This document shows, in pieces, positions 19,948 to 30,210 of a DNA stretch of 64,000 nt. The notes beneath the pieces were generated by a model. The model was not told the origin of the DNA. It saw nothing but the letters and a program-made list of their open reading frames with translations, and searched no databases. Position 1 is the stretch's first letter; every line of letters starts with the position of its first letter. Position numbers and translations under genes: made by a program. The stretch covers positions 44,572-108,571 of the IMG/VR virus record IMGVR_UViG_3300031555_002573. The stretch is one strand, 5' to 3'. Source of the stretch: a virus (Duplodnaviria > Heunggongvirae > Uroviricota > Caudoviricetes).

Positions 19948-21497
19948 AAATACAAAAAAATGGGGTAGACATAAGTGGAAAAGGGTTGAGGCAAAGTGAA
20001 TCATTACTTGAAGAATACCTCCCTGACCTGACATCTTCTCTTATTGGTTCAGTAATTGTTCTTGGACAAGGACTACCTCAAAAGTTTACTAATAATAGTC
20101 CTTCAGGTCGTAAAGAAGTGCTTGAAAAACTATTTAAGTCTGACTTTATGATTCAAGACTTAAAAGATAGAATTTCAACCCGTAAGGGTGAACTTAATGA
20201 AGAATTAAGAAAAGTGCAAGATAGTAAATTAGTGGCACTTACTAAATTAGAAAGTGCGATTGATACTATAAATCTTAATAATGCAAAACTTAAACAACTA
20301 CAAGAACAGGATAGCCTTGAATTTGAGGCTGATGTACTTCATAAAGAGATTCTTGAGATTGAAGAACGACAAATTCAACTGAAAGATGAGATTGATACAT
20401 ACACAATTAAAAGAGACGATGCTAACACAAAAATATCCGCAGCTAAAATTAGAAAAGCAGAGATAATCAGTGAGATTGACAAGGATTATGAATCAACAAA
20501 AGAGTTTGCTACGGATGGTATAAATGTTTGTAAAGTTAAACTAAATTTAGCAGAAACTGAATATAGAAAAGTTAAAGATATTAAAGATGTTTGCCCCACT
20601 TGTGGTCAAAAATTACCTGAAGTTCACAAACCAGATTTAAAACCCTATGAAAAAGCAATTAACGATGCGTTGGCAGACCTTGGGCATTGGAACGAACAGT
20701 TAGATAATATTAAGACAGAAATTGCGAATAAGAAAGTAAGTAGTACAAAAGAACTCGAAGAAGATATTGTACTTTGTGAAAAAGAATTACTTGAATGTTC
20801 ACTTAAAATAGATGAACTTAAAAATAGATATAGCAATAATGATAGAGCTCTAATAGAGAAAAGAAGATTATTTGATGAGAATATGTCTTTACAAAAAACC
20901 CGACATATTCAAATTCAACAACTACTTGAAGAGATAGAGAAGAAAGAGACATTAAAATCTAACGAGGAGATACATATAAATAACCTTCAAATTTCCGAGG
21001 AAGAGATAAATAATAGATTAGGTATTATAAGTAAATTTAATACAGTAATTACAAGAGATTTCCGTGGTTATTTACTCAACGATATTATTGTATATATAAA
21101 TAGTAGAGCAAAAGAATATTGCGAAGATGTGTTTGGTACAGACTTAATTGACTTTTCTCTGGACGGCAATAACTTACTCATAAGCTACAATGGTAAAGAG
21201 TATGAAGCGTTATCGGGAGGAGAAAGGCAAAAAGTTGACCTTATTATTCAATTTGCAATAAGAGATATGCTTTGTAGACATACATCTTTTTCAAGTAATA
21301 TAATCGTAATGGATGAGATTTTCGATAATTTAGATGATATTGGTTGTCAAAAAATTATAGATTTGATTACTAAAAAGTTGTATGATATAAGTAGTATATT
21401 TATTATTTCTCATCACGGAAATGAATTGAATATTCCGTATGATGATGTAATAAAAATTGAAAAAGATAATAATGGAATAACTAGGTTGTGTAATTAA
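19932..21497 (+). CDS. sbcC: SbcC/Rad50-like ATPase, exon 2 (coiled coil, zinc hook, ABC signature, Walker B)
   Basis: Zinc hook CPTCGQKL; signature LSGGERQ; Walker B IIVMDEIFDNLD; H-loop ISHH. Confidence 0.75.
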   Translation: MGKYLKIQKNGVDISGKGLRQSESLLEEYLPDLTSSLIGSVIVLGQGLPQKFTNNSPSGRKEVLEKLFKSDFMIQDLKDRISTRKGELNEELRKVQDSKLVALTKLESAIDTINLNNAKLKQLQEQDSLEFEADVLHKEILEIEERQIQLKDEIDTYTIKRDDANTKISAAKIRKAEIISEIDKDYESTKEFATDGINVCKVKLNLAETEYRKVKDIKDVCPTCGQKLPEVHKPDLKPYEKAINDALADLGHWNEQLDNIKTEIANKKVSSTKELEEDIVLCEKELLECSLKIDELKNRYSNNDRALIEKRRLFDENMSLQKTRHIQIQQLLEEIEKKETLKSNEEIHINNLQISEEEINNRLGIISKFNTVITRDFRGYLLNDIIVYINSRAKEYCEDVFGTDLIDFSLDGNNLLISYNGKEYEALSGGERQKVDLIIQFAIRDMLCRHTSFSSNIIVMDEIFDNLDDIGCQKIIDLITKKLYDISSIFIISHHGNELNIPYDDVIKIEKDNNGITRLCN

Positions 21498-21498
21498 A

Positions 21499-22332
21499 AT
21501 GTTTTTTGATAAGCCTGATATACGATATGTAGATATGTGTATCTACATAGACAATAATGCCTATACGAGTAAATGTGAAAATGATTTGATATATGAGTAC
21601 TTATATCATATTATAATGATGCTATCTGTTAAGTGGGATTATTTTGATTCTGTGAAGACTGCGGATGACTTCAGTTTATATGCTGCCTCTGTGTATTATA
21701 TGAGACTGAAAGATAAAAGACAATTTGAGGAAAATTCCTCTATAGAGCCTATAAGAAGTATACTAAATTACATCAAAAAAACTTTATACTCTATAAAGGC
21801 AAGTTATATTAAAAAATACTTAAAAGAACAAAACACCGTTGGGGAGGACCAATTACTGTCATTGGACCTGGATGGGTTTAGATGTTTTGCTAGTCATCTA
21901 ATATCTCCTCTTGACAAATGTGACTTTAGTTATTGTCTTGAGGATATTCAATATGTTATAAAGGACACATTGAAAACAGTTCCCTATAAGAAAAACTCTG
22001 TAATGTATCATAATATATATATTAGTTGTATATTAAGTTTTTTGAATTCTATCACCTTAAGAAACAGTGTGTTAAAAAGAATAAATAATTTTAAAAGGCC
22101 CACTAGTTTAACGGATGACTTATTAGAAAGTTTATATTTGAGAGAGAGATATAATTCAGTAATTTTATATCATCTTGATGATAGTATGAAAAACTATATT
22201 GCGATACTGACTAACAAAATTAGAGTCACTATAGCCAAGGAGTTATCATATACAATTCATAAAAGTATGCCGTCTTGTGTAAATATGAAAAATCTACTTA
22301 TGTCAAATACTTTTGAGGAGGATGATTGCTAA
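21499..22332 (+). CDS. hypothetical protein
   Basis: 277-aa ORF. Confidence 0.5.
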   Translation: MFFDKPDIRYVDMCIYIDNNAYTSKCENDLIYEYLYHIIMMLSVKWDYFDSVKTADDFSLYAASVYYMRLKDKRQFEENSSIEPIRSILNYIKKTLYSIKASYIKKYLKEQNTVGEDQLLSLDLDGFRCFASHLISPLDKCDFSYCLEDIQYVIKDTLKTVPYKKNSVMYHNIYISCILSFLNSITLRNSVLKRINNFKRPTSLTDDLLESLYLRERYNSVILYHLDDSMKNYIAILTNKIRVTIAKELSYTIHKSMPSCVNMKNLLMSNTFEEDDC

Positions 22333-22334
22333 TA

Positions 22335-22712
22335 ATGAGTATAAAAAGTGAATTAGACAAATTAAAGACAGAAGATATTTATTCAATGTTAATGTTCACC
22401 CTTTATCAATGTAGAAAAACAAATGAGTATTCCGCTATTAGTGAATTGTCTTATATTTTAGATGAAAAAAATCTTTTGAATTTGTGTGAGTACTTTGGCG
22501 GTCTAACTATAACTGTCCCTACTATTGAAGAGTTAGAGTTGTTGTTAAGTGGATTGACAGCCTATAAGAGTATCGTGATAGACAGATGCCTAGTTGAAGA
22601 ATATTTTGACTCTTTGAATCAACACAAGGATAGAGTGGAAAAAATTAAAGATGTATATCTAAAAATAGTGGATGTTATGAAAGATTTTTCTTTCGGAGAA
22701 TGTGATGTTTAA
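22335..22712 (+). CDS. hypothetical protein
   Basis: ATG after a GGAGGA RBS. Confidence 0.5.
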   Translation: MSIKSELDKLKTEDIYSMLMFTLYQCRKTNEYSAISELSYILDEKNLLNLCEYFGGLTITVPTIEELELLLSGLTAYKSIVIDRCLVEEYFDSLNQHKDRVEKIKDVYLKIVDVMKDFSFGECDV

Positions 22713-22893
22713 TAGTAGACTGGAAAAAATTCGTGAAAATCTTTCTTATAGACATCGAGATAAATCAGATATAATGGAAGAGGCTATTAAAGTCAGATTA
22801 GATAAATCCTTGACAACATATACAAAAACATTAGATGCTGGTGTATCGTACATGTCAGTTAAAGATGAGATAAGAGTAATAAAAAAATTGTAG
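22702..22893 (+). CDS. hypothetical small protein
   Basis: 63-aa ORF with overlapping start. Confidence 0.35.
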   Translation: MMFNSRLEKIRENLSYRHRDKSDIMEEAIKVRLDKSLTTYTKTLDAGVSYMSVKDEIRVIKKL

Positions 22894-22903
22894 GTGAAAA
22901 CAA

Positions 22904-23230
22904 ATGAGCAAACTTATAGAGGATATATCCGCTATAACCACTTTACCAATAAAGACACTAGACAGATTGTTTGATAAGGGAGCTGAGTGTATATGTCATT
23001 CAGTACTAGAAAGTAAACTTAATGGAGAATCTGTTTGTAGTATAGATATATCTGTTGGGGAAATAAAAGTGATTATTAGTAACGATACTATTTCATACAG
23101 ATTTATACCATCAAATAAATTAGAAGCGATGCTTGTAGACACTATTGTAAATAATAATGACCCACTTGTAAAAGATATTGAAGATACATTAATAAATAGA
23201 ATTCTAAATACATATAAGGATTTGGTTTAA
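22904..23230 (+). CDS. hypothetical protein
   Basis: 108-aa ORF. Confidence 0.5.
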   Translation: MSKLIEDISAITTLPIKTLDRLFDKGAECICHSVLESKLNGESVCSIDISVGEIKVIISNDTISYRFIPSNKLEAMLVDTIVNNNDPLVKDIEDTLINRILNTYKDLV

Positions 23231-23231
23231 T

Positions 23232-23723
23232 ATGAGCGGTGATATGATTGTGAAAACTGATGGGCTTGATGAATCAATTTCTAAAATAGCACAAGAAATC
23301 ATAAATGAGAATGATGTTGATTCTATTAAAGACCTAACACACTTGTTCAATCTTAATCAAGCCAAGAAAAATGTTATAAGAGTAATAAAGTTGAATGGAT
23401 TGTTGGACACTGTGTCCGATAAAATCATTGAGAGATTTGAAAAATATCCTGATAATTTTAGTAGTGCGGATTTGTTGAATTATTTACAGGTCACCCAAAC
23501 TGCTATAGATAAGGCAAATAAAAATTTAAATCTTGTAGATGACACTCCTGTAATTCAAGTAAATCATAATAATCAATTAAATGTAAATATAATTGATACA
23601 TATGATAGAGAATCTAAAGAGCGTGTTCTCGACTATATAAAATCTGTGTTGGCCAATTCAACTGACTCAAATGATGTTTCGGAATACATTGAAATAAAAG
23701 ACGAGGTAGATAATGATGAATGA
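23232..23723 (+). CDS. hypothetical acidic protein
   Basis: 163-aa ORF. Confidence 0.5.
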   Translation: MSGDMIVKTDGLDESISKIAQEIINENDVDSIKDLTHLFNLNQAKKNVIRVIKLNGLLDTVSDKIIERFEKYPDNFSSADLLNYLQVTQTAIDKANKNLNLVDDTPVIQVNHNNQLNVNIIDTYDRESKERVLDYIKSVLANSTDSNDVSEYIEIKDEVDNDE

Positions 23724-24915
23724 ATATTTGATACCATTGGATGGGGAGTCCTTTGACGAATATCGTTTAAGAGTTTATAAAGCAAAACAACTTGGAGAAT
23801 GCAATCTTCGTTGGACAGACATCGCTGAAATGTTTGGGGAATCTTTTGGTGTGTTCAAGGATGAGAGTAAATGGAGAAAAGAAGCAAAAGAAATGCTAAT
23901 AGCTAATGTTGAAAATGTTACCTCGGAAGAGGAAAGCATAAAAGAAGACTTAAAAGAGCTGATTCTTAAGTACAAGAAAGAAAGAGTTAAGCTTTCTGAT
24001 GAACGTGTGCAAAATAATGCCTATATCAGAGGAATCTCAAGAGAAGAAACAATCAAAGAGATTGCGTTAAAAGTTGCTCAAGAGATGAGTAGCAAGAAAA
24101 TTCTAGACACCAATTTTATTAAGTCTGTGTATACCCATACAGATGATTGTGAGGGTATTTTACAATTGTCCGATTGGCATTATGGTATTGATATTAATAC
24201 ATACTGGAATGTATTTAACACAGAGGTGTGTAAACAAAGAGTTTCTAAATTGCTAAAAGAGACCATTGAGTTTTGTAATTTCTTTGGTGTTCATAAGATG
24301 CATATTGTAAATCTATCAGATTTAATTTGTGGTAGAATACACTATACATTAAGACTTCAGTCTCGTATTGATGTAATAACTCAAATTATGGATGTATCTG
24401 AGATATTGGCAGAGTTTATCTCAGAACTAACATCAAATGATATATTTGTTGAATACTATGATTGCTTGGACAATCATAGTAGATTGGAGCCAGATAAGAG
24501 TGCTTCATTAAATTTGGAATCACTTGCTAGAATTACTCCTTGGTATCTTAAGGAAAGATTGAAAAATAATCCAAATGTAAGAATAAACGCCAACTATTAT
24601 GATGAAGACATAATTGATTTTGAGGTTATGGGATATAAAGTTGGAGGTGTTCACGGGCATAAAGATAAGCCTTGCAAGGTCGTAGAGGGACTAACTTTAA
24701 TGACTAAGCAAAATTTCGATTTAATTTTAACTTCACATTTACACCATTTTAATAGTGATGAAAAGAATGAAGTTGTAGTGGTTAGTAATGGGTCACTAAT
24801 GGGTACTGATTACTACGCAAAGGACTTGAGATTAAGTTCAGTACCATCCCAAAATATTATTTTAGTCAATAATAAAAGTGTTATAGACTACATCCATCGT
24901 GTTGTCTTGAAATAA
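23713..24915 (+). CDS. hypothetical protein with a C-terminal metallophosphoesterase-like domain
   Basis: GGVHGHKDKP, SHLHHF and GSLMGTD resemble calcineurin-like phosphoesterase motifs. Confidence 0.35.
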   Translation: MMNEYLIPLDGESFDEYRLRVYKAKQLGECNLRWTDIAEMFGESFGVFKDESKWRKEAKEMLIANVENVTSEEESIKEDLKELILKYKKERVKLSDERVQNNAYIRGISREETIKEIALKVAQEMSSKKILDTNFIKSVYTHTDDCEGILQLSDWHYGIDINTYWNVFNTEVCKQRVSKLLKETIEFCNFFGVHKMHIVNLSDLICGRIHYTLRLQSRIDVITQIMDVSEILAEFISELTSNDIFVEYYDCLDNHSRLEPDKSASLNLESLARITPWYLKERLKNNPNVRINANYYDEDIIDFEVMGYKVGGVHGHKDKPCKVVEGLTLMTKQNFDLILTSHLHHFNSDEKNEVVVVSNGSLMGTDYYAKDLRLSSVPSQNIILVNNKSVIDYIHRVVLK

Positions 24916-25016
24916 TATTGTATAAACATATATAAGCACTCATATAAATCTATAAGTCAAAAAAAGTAAGTCCCATTAAATTGGGTAAGTCTTAAACATG
25001 TAAGGAGATTATAAAT

Positions 25017-25427
25017 ATGAGATTTTATTCAGACGAATTAAAGAGATTTTTTGAAACCGAGGAAGAGTGTCTTTCTGCAGAAGAACAGGCAAGAGTTGCC
25101 GCTGAGGAAAAGAAGGTAACGAAAGCTAAACTTGCAAAAGCAGTTGAAGATGCGGATAAAGCACTTGACAAGGCATATGAAAATCTTAAATTAGCTGAGG
25201 AACAAGTAGCAAAACTACAAAAAGAATATGATGATAAAGTAGATGCTATTATGACTCCCGCACACGATGAGATTAAAGCGTGTGCAAAAGCAAGAGCAGA
25301 AGCAATTAAAGATTTCAATGATAATTTTGGTGCATATACCACCACATATAGTGGAAATAAAGCAATTCAAGAACTTGATAAGCTTGATAGTATGATTAAT
25401 CAATTCTGGAAAAGATTTTATTTCTAA
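25017..25427 (+). CDS. hypothetical coiled-coil protein
   Basis: Strong AAGGAGA RBS; followed by an intrinsic terminator. Confidence 0.55.
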   Translation: MRFYSDELKRFFETEEECLSAEEQARVAAEEKKVTKAKLAKAVEDADKALDKAYENLKLAEEQVAKLQKEYDDKVDAIMTPAHDEIKACAKARAEAIKDFNDNFGAYTTTYSGNKAIQELDKLDSMINQFWKRFYF

Positions 25428-25490
25428 TAAAAAATAAAGAGTGCTTATAAATAAAGATAACATCGGGAGATTAGTTGCAGAATTATAGAT

Positions 25491-25530
25491 TAAAAGTCAG
25501 GGTTATGCAACACTTAACCCTGACTTATTT
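25491..25530 (+). terminator. rho-independent terminator
   Basis: agtcagggtta...taaccctgact hairpin followed by tattttt. Confidence 0.6.
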
Positions 25531-25548
25531 TTAAGTAGGAGAAGAATT

Positions 25549-25884
25549 ATGGCTGTAAAACACATAAAAGAATATTATGAAAAAGTATGTACCCAATACA
25601 TACAAATGAATGAAGAATTGAAAGATTTTCAAAAAGAGGTAGAGAACGGCATTGTAGAACCTGAAAGAATTGAAAATCTTAAAAAGATTATAGAACCACT
25701 AAAAAATAATTATATGACACTATCCTGGGTTATGTTTTTGTTAAACAAGCCAACTAGAGAGTCAAAAAGAGGTGGCTATGAAAAAAGAATGACAAAGTTC
25801 ACATCTAAATTAGACACCTCATTTAATGACCAAGGAATCATAACCCAAAATGAAAAAGTACTAGATGAATTAGGTAGGTTGTGA
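25549..25884 (+). CDS. hypothetical protein
   Basis: 111-aa ORF with an AGGAGAAG RBS. Confidence 0.5.
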   Translation: MAVKHIKEYYEKVCTQYIQMNEELKDFQKEVENGIVEPERIENLKKIIEPLKNNYMTLSWVMFLLNKPTRESKRGGYEKRMTKFTSKLDTSFNDQGIITQNEKVLDELGRL

Positions 25885-26156
25885 TGTATATGGAAAAGTT
25901 TTTAAGTGACATAGGAATAGAACAAGTTGGACATTACACAAATAATAATTCTTATGTCATTGACATTGAAGATTCAGATGAGTATGGAAAATTTTATAGT
26001 AGGTTTGACAAGAGTGGTCTTGTGGAAGAGGATGATGATGCCAGTACAATAACTCTACACAACTCAAACATTATTTTTAGGTCAGATGATTTTCAATTTA
26101 ACTTAATCGCAGATTTTGACCAAGACACATATAAATTAGTTGCAAGAGAACTTTAA
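25881..26156 (+). CDS. hypothetical protein
   Basis: 91-aa ORF. Confidence 0.45.
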   Translation: MMYMEKFLSDIGIEQVGHYTNNNSYVIDIEDSDEYGKFYSRFDKSGLVEEDDDASTITLHNSNIIFRSDDFQFNLIADFDQDTYKLVAREL

Positions 26157-26168
26157 GGAGATGAATTA

Positions 26169-26855
26169 ATGGATATTATTACTGATATTGATAAGCTATC
26201 TGTTAGAGCAGATGAGGTTGATGTTAGAAAAGAAAATTCGTTGATAAGAGAAATTGTTGTAGAATTAAAAAAGACAATCAGAGAAAACAATTTAACAAGT
26301 CTTTCCTCTACACAACTTGGATATGATAAAAGAGTTTTTGTTATCAACTTTAATGGAGAATTAAGAGCATTTGTAAATCCTGTAATTACAGAGGTAAAGG
26401 GATTTGAGTTGTCTAGAGAGACATGTCCCAGCATTCCTGATAAGACTTTCATTAGACCCAGACATAATGACATTAGAGTGATGTATCAAACACCTCTTGG
26501 GAAGATTGAATCAAAACAATTTTTAGGATTGGCGGCAAAGATATTTCAACATGAGATTGACCATCTTGATGGATTATTATTGTCAGATATAGGTCTTGAA
26601 ATTGATGACGATTTTGATAATGCCTCAGATGAGGATAAGATGAAAGTTATTCAAATGTATCTAGACTCATTGGATATCAGACAAAAAGAGATGAACAAAG
26701 AAATTGATAATGATAAAGAATTGAAGCAACTTTCAGATGGAATTAAATTTATGGAAAAAGTTAAGAAAGGAGAAGTTCAGATAGAAAGAGTTCCTGTTGA
26801 AAAAGATAACGACACGGAATCCTCAACTTCTGACACAGACAATGAAAATGAGTGA
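26169..26855 (+). CDS. def: peptide deformylase-like protein with an acidic C-terminal tail
   Basis: Motif I-like LSSTQLG, motif II-like RETCPSIP and motif III QHEIDHLDG (HExxH). Confidence 0.55.
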   Translation: MDIITDIDKLSVRADEVDVRKENSLIREIVVELKKTIRENNLTSLSSTQLGYDKRVFVINFNGELRAFVNPVITEVKGFELSRETCPSIPDKTFIRPRHNDIRVMYQTPLGKIESKQFLGLAAKIFQHEIDHLDGLLLSDIGLEIDDDFDNASDEDKMKVIQMYLDSLDIRQKEMNKEIDNDKELKQLSDGIKFMEKVKKGEVQIERVPVEKDNDTESSTSDTDNENE

Positions 26856-27330
26856 TAAAGAAAAAGAAATAGTATTAGATACTATTCAACTTAAAAAGAT
26901 TACAACAGATTATAACTCAAAAAGTAAATATGTACCAGCTCAATCTGAGCCCATCTACATAGATGGTGCGGTCGAAGTAGGACCTTGTATCGTGGTGGGA
27001 GATGGTATTACATCGGTGGAAGGTCTCATAGTCAACGGCAAAGCTTTTCAAGTGTCTGCTGATGTGAGTGAGGCAATTACCAATTCTGTACAGAACGTTA
27101 CATCGCAGTCAAATTTTGGCTACTCAGTAGTGACCCCACAAGAAGATGAAGTTTCTGGTGATTTGGAAGACCCAGAAAAATTAGCCAAGATTGGACATTC
27201 ACACACACTTTCTTATGACACCTTAAAGAAGCTCGGAGTTAGAAAAATACATTCTGGTACTGAAGAGCCTACTGATGACTTTGGTGAAGTAGGAGATATT
27301 TATATTAAATATCAAAGCAGTGGCGAGTAA
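26842..27330 (+). CDS. hypothetical protein
   Basis: ORF overlapping the deformylase 3' end; start chosen at an internal ATG. Confidence 0.45.
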   Translation: MKMSDKEKEIVLDTIQLKKITTDYNSKSKYVPAQSEPIYIDGAVEVGPCIVVGDGITSVEGLIVNGKAFQVSADVSEAITNSVQNVTSQSNFGYSVVTPQEDEVSGDLEDPEKLAKIGHSHTLSYDTLKKLGVRKIHSGTEEPTDDFGEVGDIYIKYQSSGE

Positions 27331-27342
27331 GGAGGGGTATTA

Positions 27343-28809
27343 GTGGCTTCTACAACATCGAGCACAACAGGAAATTGGGTTCCTTTCGGTGGTGACTATC
27401 CATATGCTGCGTACGGGTATGGAGACTCAGTAAAATTTTATATTAAATTTTATTATAATACTTCCTCAACCCCAACTGAAGCTTATTTTAGAGCAGAATT
27501 CAATCATCCAACAGCTAAAACAGGCGCCTACACAGATTTCTTTTTTCTATATTTTCCAGCAGGGGCAGAAATAACAAGTAGTAATATATTGCATAATGGC
27601 GGAGATGGGACATCCACTGCCTATAACTATCAAAGAGTTATACCTGGAAATGTATACTTTAAAGTGCCTAAGAGCATAGATGCCAAAACAGTTACTATAC
27701 CGGAATTTTGGATTTGTAATCAGGGCAGACAATTTTCTCCTGTAAATAAGTTTAGGGTGGATGCTTTTGAGAAGGGTGGAACAAGAACACAGTATTGTAC
27801 CAAATACACCAGTAAGTCAAGCTCTAATCCAGGCGAGAGAAAATTACCTGAGTATACCAACGCTCCTGTGATTGAAAAACTTGATAAGCCGACTATACTT
27901 AATGCACGACAAATTAATAATAATTTACATATTGAGTATAAATTACCAAACGACTACCAAAATGGAAATGCAACAAATAAACTTACAAAAGCCTATGTGT
28001 ATTGGTCTCTATCCGGTAATATAGAATCTGCTGGTAATATGATGGCATTAAGCACTGACAAAAAGGACAGGCAAAGTTCAGTAGATATAAAAATTCCTTT
28101 TTACAATGGTAAAGATGAAAAGGAAACTCCAATAGCTTTCTCAATTTCAGTTCAAGGAGAATATTATGCCCCAGTTAATGCCACTCCTAAAACTGTAGAT
28201 TGCAAATACTACATACCCCCAACATTAATGTCAGGAGGTAAGTTATATGTTGGAGACAATGAAGGGAATGAACTTTCTGGCAATATAATAGCAACTCCTG
28301 ATGCACATTATTGGTATTATCCTAATGAGGCTTCTAAAGGAAATGGAAATTCCCCTGTATCTTATAAACATAGCTTATACATAATTACTTATGATAAAGA
28401 GAGTTTAGAAATAGAGCCACAAACGACATATATTACTTCAATAACACAAGAAGAAAGTGTTTCTCTAATTGATGTTTCAAAAGTATTAGAAGATATATCA
28501 TCCCAACCATTAGACCCCGGTAAATTTATTCAATTTAAATCTGAAGTATGGACAAAGTGGCCAGATGAGAATGGTAATCTTGTAGAGTATCGCAGTGATA
28601 AATACTCAACTGCTGTGTCCAATATGATAGAAATAGTTCCGGGAGGACCTATCATTATAAAATTGTCAAAGGATAAAATTATACACGGTATACCTTATGT
28701 TAAACACACAACAAATAGTGAGGACGAGGTTGATGGTGGAGTGTGGTCGCTTGGAACTGATGTATATATCAAAACAAAAAATAACAAGTGGGAACATTCT
28801 GTAGAGTGA
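27343..28809 (+). CDS. hypothetical large protein (488 aa)
   Basis: GTG after a GGAGGGG RBS. Confidence 0.55.
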   Translation: MASTTSSTTGNWVPFGGDYPYAAYGYGDSVKFYIKFYYNTSSTPTEAYFRAEFNHPTAKTGAYTDFFFLYFPAGAEITSSNILHNGGDGTSTAYNYQRVIPGNVYFKVPKSIDAKTVTIPEFWICNQGRQFSPVNKFRVDAFEKGGTRTQYCTKYTSKSSSNPGERKLPEYTNAPVIEKLDKPTILNARQINNNLHIEYKLPNDYQNGNATNKLTKAYVYWSLSGNIESAGNMMALSTDKKDRQSSVDIKIPFYNGKDEKETPIAFSISVQGEYYAPVNATPKTVDCKYYIPPTLMSGGKLYVGDNEGNELSGNIIATPDAHYWYYPNEASKGNGNSPVSYKHSLYIITYDKESLEIEPQTTYITSITQEESVSLIDVSKVLEDISSQPLDPGKFIQFKSEVWTKWPDENGNLVEYRSDKYSTAVSNMIEIVPGGPIIIKLSKDKIIHGIPYVKHTTNSEDEVDGGVWSLGTDVYIKTKNNKWEHSVE

Positions 28810-28812
28810 GGG

Positions 28813-29430
28813 TTGATTAAAATGAATTTTATTTATTTAAGGGGAATAATAAAAAACATAAGACCTTCTCATTCTATCGGTGGAATAGTCTTTAACAAAG
28901 CAGATTTAATTGTAAAAAGAAATGATGGCACAGAAGATTTAGTTGTTGTAAAGTTTAAGCAATTTAGTCTTAACTGTCAAGAAGATTCAGAAGTAGAATT
29001 AATTGGAAATATCAGGTCTTTCTCACAACAAGTGGAAGGAAAAAATAAGGTTGAGATTTATGTATTCTCATACTTTGATGATGTTCCAAATAATGATATG
29101 TATAGTAATGTGACCAATATTGCTAAATTAGATGGTAAGATTTGTAAAAAAGATATTATCAGAACAACTAAAAATGGGAAGCATTATATTCATTTTATAG
29201 TTGCCAACAATTTAATTTTGGAAGATAATCAAAAATTAAATAGTTATATACCGTGTGTTGCTTGGGGAGAATTGGCTAAAACTATATCAGAGTTCTATAA
29301 CATAAATGACTCAGTTCATATTGAAGGACAACTACATAGTAGAGAGTACAAGAAGAAAATAGATGAAAACAATGTAGAACTTAGAGTAGCACATGAATTT
29401 GCTACCTTATCTATAGAGAAAGTGATATAA
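28813..29430 (+). CDS. hypothetical protein
   Basis: 205-aa ORF. Confidence 0.5.
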   Translation: MIKMNFIYLRGIIKNIRPSHSIGGIVFNKADLIVKRNDGTEDLVVVKFKQFSLNCQEDSEVELIGNIRSFSQQVEGKNKVEIYVFSYFDDVPNNDMYSNVTNIAKLDGKICKKDIIRTTKNGKHYIHFIVANNLILEDNQKLNSYIPCVAWGELAKTISEFYNINDSVHIEGQLHSREYKKKIDENNVELRVAHEFATLSIEKVI

Positions 29431-29786
29431 TGAATTTTGAATATCTTATAAAAATAAAGAAGGAAGATTCTATTGACATTGAAAATGTAGGCAATTGTGC
29501 TATTGATGTTTTCAATGATATGGGATTTGAGTGGATACTTTTAATAAGTACTGATGAAGGCATTACCGAAATACTAGAGTATGGGCCTATTGTTCCTGAT
29601 ATAGAAAAACTTCCAAACAGTGTTTCATACACATATGATAGAATTAATTATAGTCAATCAAAAATAAGCACAAGAATAGATAAATTTTTGAATGCCGGAT
29701 ATAGAATGATTACCCAAGCCAGTGAGATTTCAAAAGAAGAAGCTAAAGAAAAAATGAGAAATTTGGTGAGTTATGTATGTTGGTAA
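29430..29786 (+). CDS. hypothetical protein
   Basis: 118-aa ORF. Confidence 0.5.
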   Translation: MNFEYLIKIKKEDSIDIENVGNCAIDVFNDMGFEWILLISTDEGITEILEYGPIVPDIEKLPNSVSYTYDRINYSQSKISTRIDKFLNAGYRMITQASEISKEEAKEKMRNLVSYVCW

Positions 29787-29983
29787 GTAAAGATACAATT
29801 AAAGACAGAAATGGAAAAATACTTGGTTTTGTGGAGACAGACCATTTAGGCAACAAAACGGCAAGAGATTTTTATGGTAGAATCCTTGGCACTTATAGTA
29901 AAACATCGAGACTAACTAAAGATTTTTATGGTAGAATTGTGGCTCACGGAGACGCCACAACTGGTCTTTTGTATAGAAAATAA
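29777..29983 (+). CDS. hypothetical small protein with a duplicated DFYGRI(L/V) motif
   Basis: ARDFYGRILGTYSKTSRLTKDFYGRIVAHG; a 17-nt direct DNA repeat underlies it. Confidence 0.45.
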   Translation: MLVSKDTIKDRNGKILGFVETDHLGNKTARDFYGRILGTYSKTSRLTKDFYGRIVAHGDATTGLLYRK

Positions 29984-29989
29984 TAATAA

Positions 29990-30026
29990 AAATAACTACT
30001 GACTAAAAATCAGTAGTTATTTTTAT
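29990..30026 (+). terminator. rho-independent terminator
   Basis: aactactgactaaaaatcagtagtt hairpin followed by atttttatt. Confidence 0.6.
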
Positions 30027-30027
30027 T

Positions 30028-30061
30028 ATAGTTGATTTTTATTTGTTTTTAATATATAATA
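30028..30061 (+). promoter_or_regulatory. conserved extended promoter (TTGATT, 17 nt, TATAAT)
   Basis: tatagTTGATTttt..TATAAT; first of a tandem pair. Confidence 0.55.
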
Positions 30062-30130
30062 TAATTATACTAAATAGGTACAGTTGATAAGAAGTTTACT
30101 AATGGCACTTGTAAATTTATTTGATGTAAG

Positions 30131-30164
30131 TTTAAATAAAATAGTTGATTTTTTTTATTTTAAT
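30131..30164 (+). promoter_or_regulatory. conserved extended promoter (TTGATT, 17 nt, TATAAT)
   Basis: aaatagTTGATTttt..gatTATAAT; second of the tandem pair, upstream of 30211. Confidence 0.55.
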
Positions 30165-30210
30165 GATTATAATATAAGTATAGACTTAATTAATTGAGAG
30201 GAAGATTTTT

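Noticed and set aside
25025-25345. Minus-strand ORFs (106 and 82 aa) overlapping 25017..25427
   Set aside because: Low-complexity Ala/Ser-rich translation of the antisense of a Lys/Glu/Ala-rich coiled-coil gene; no translation signals.
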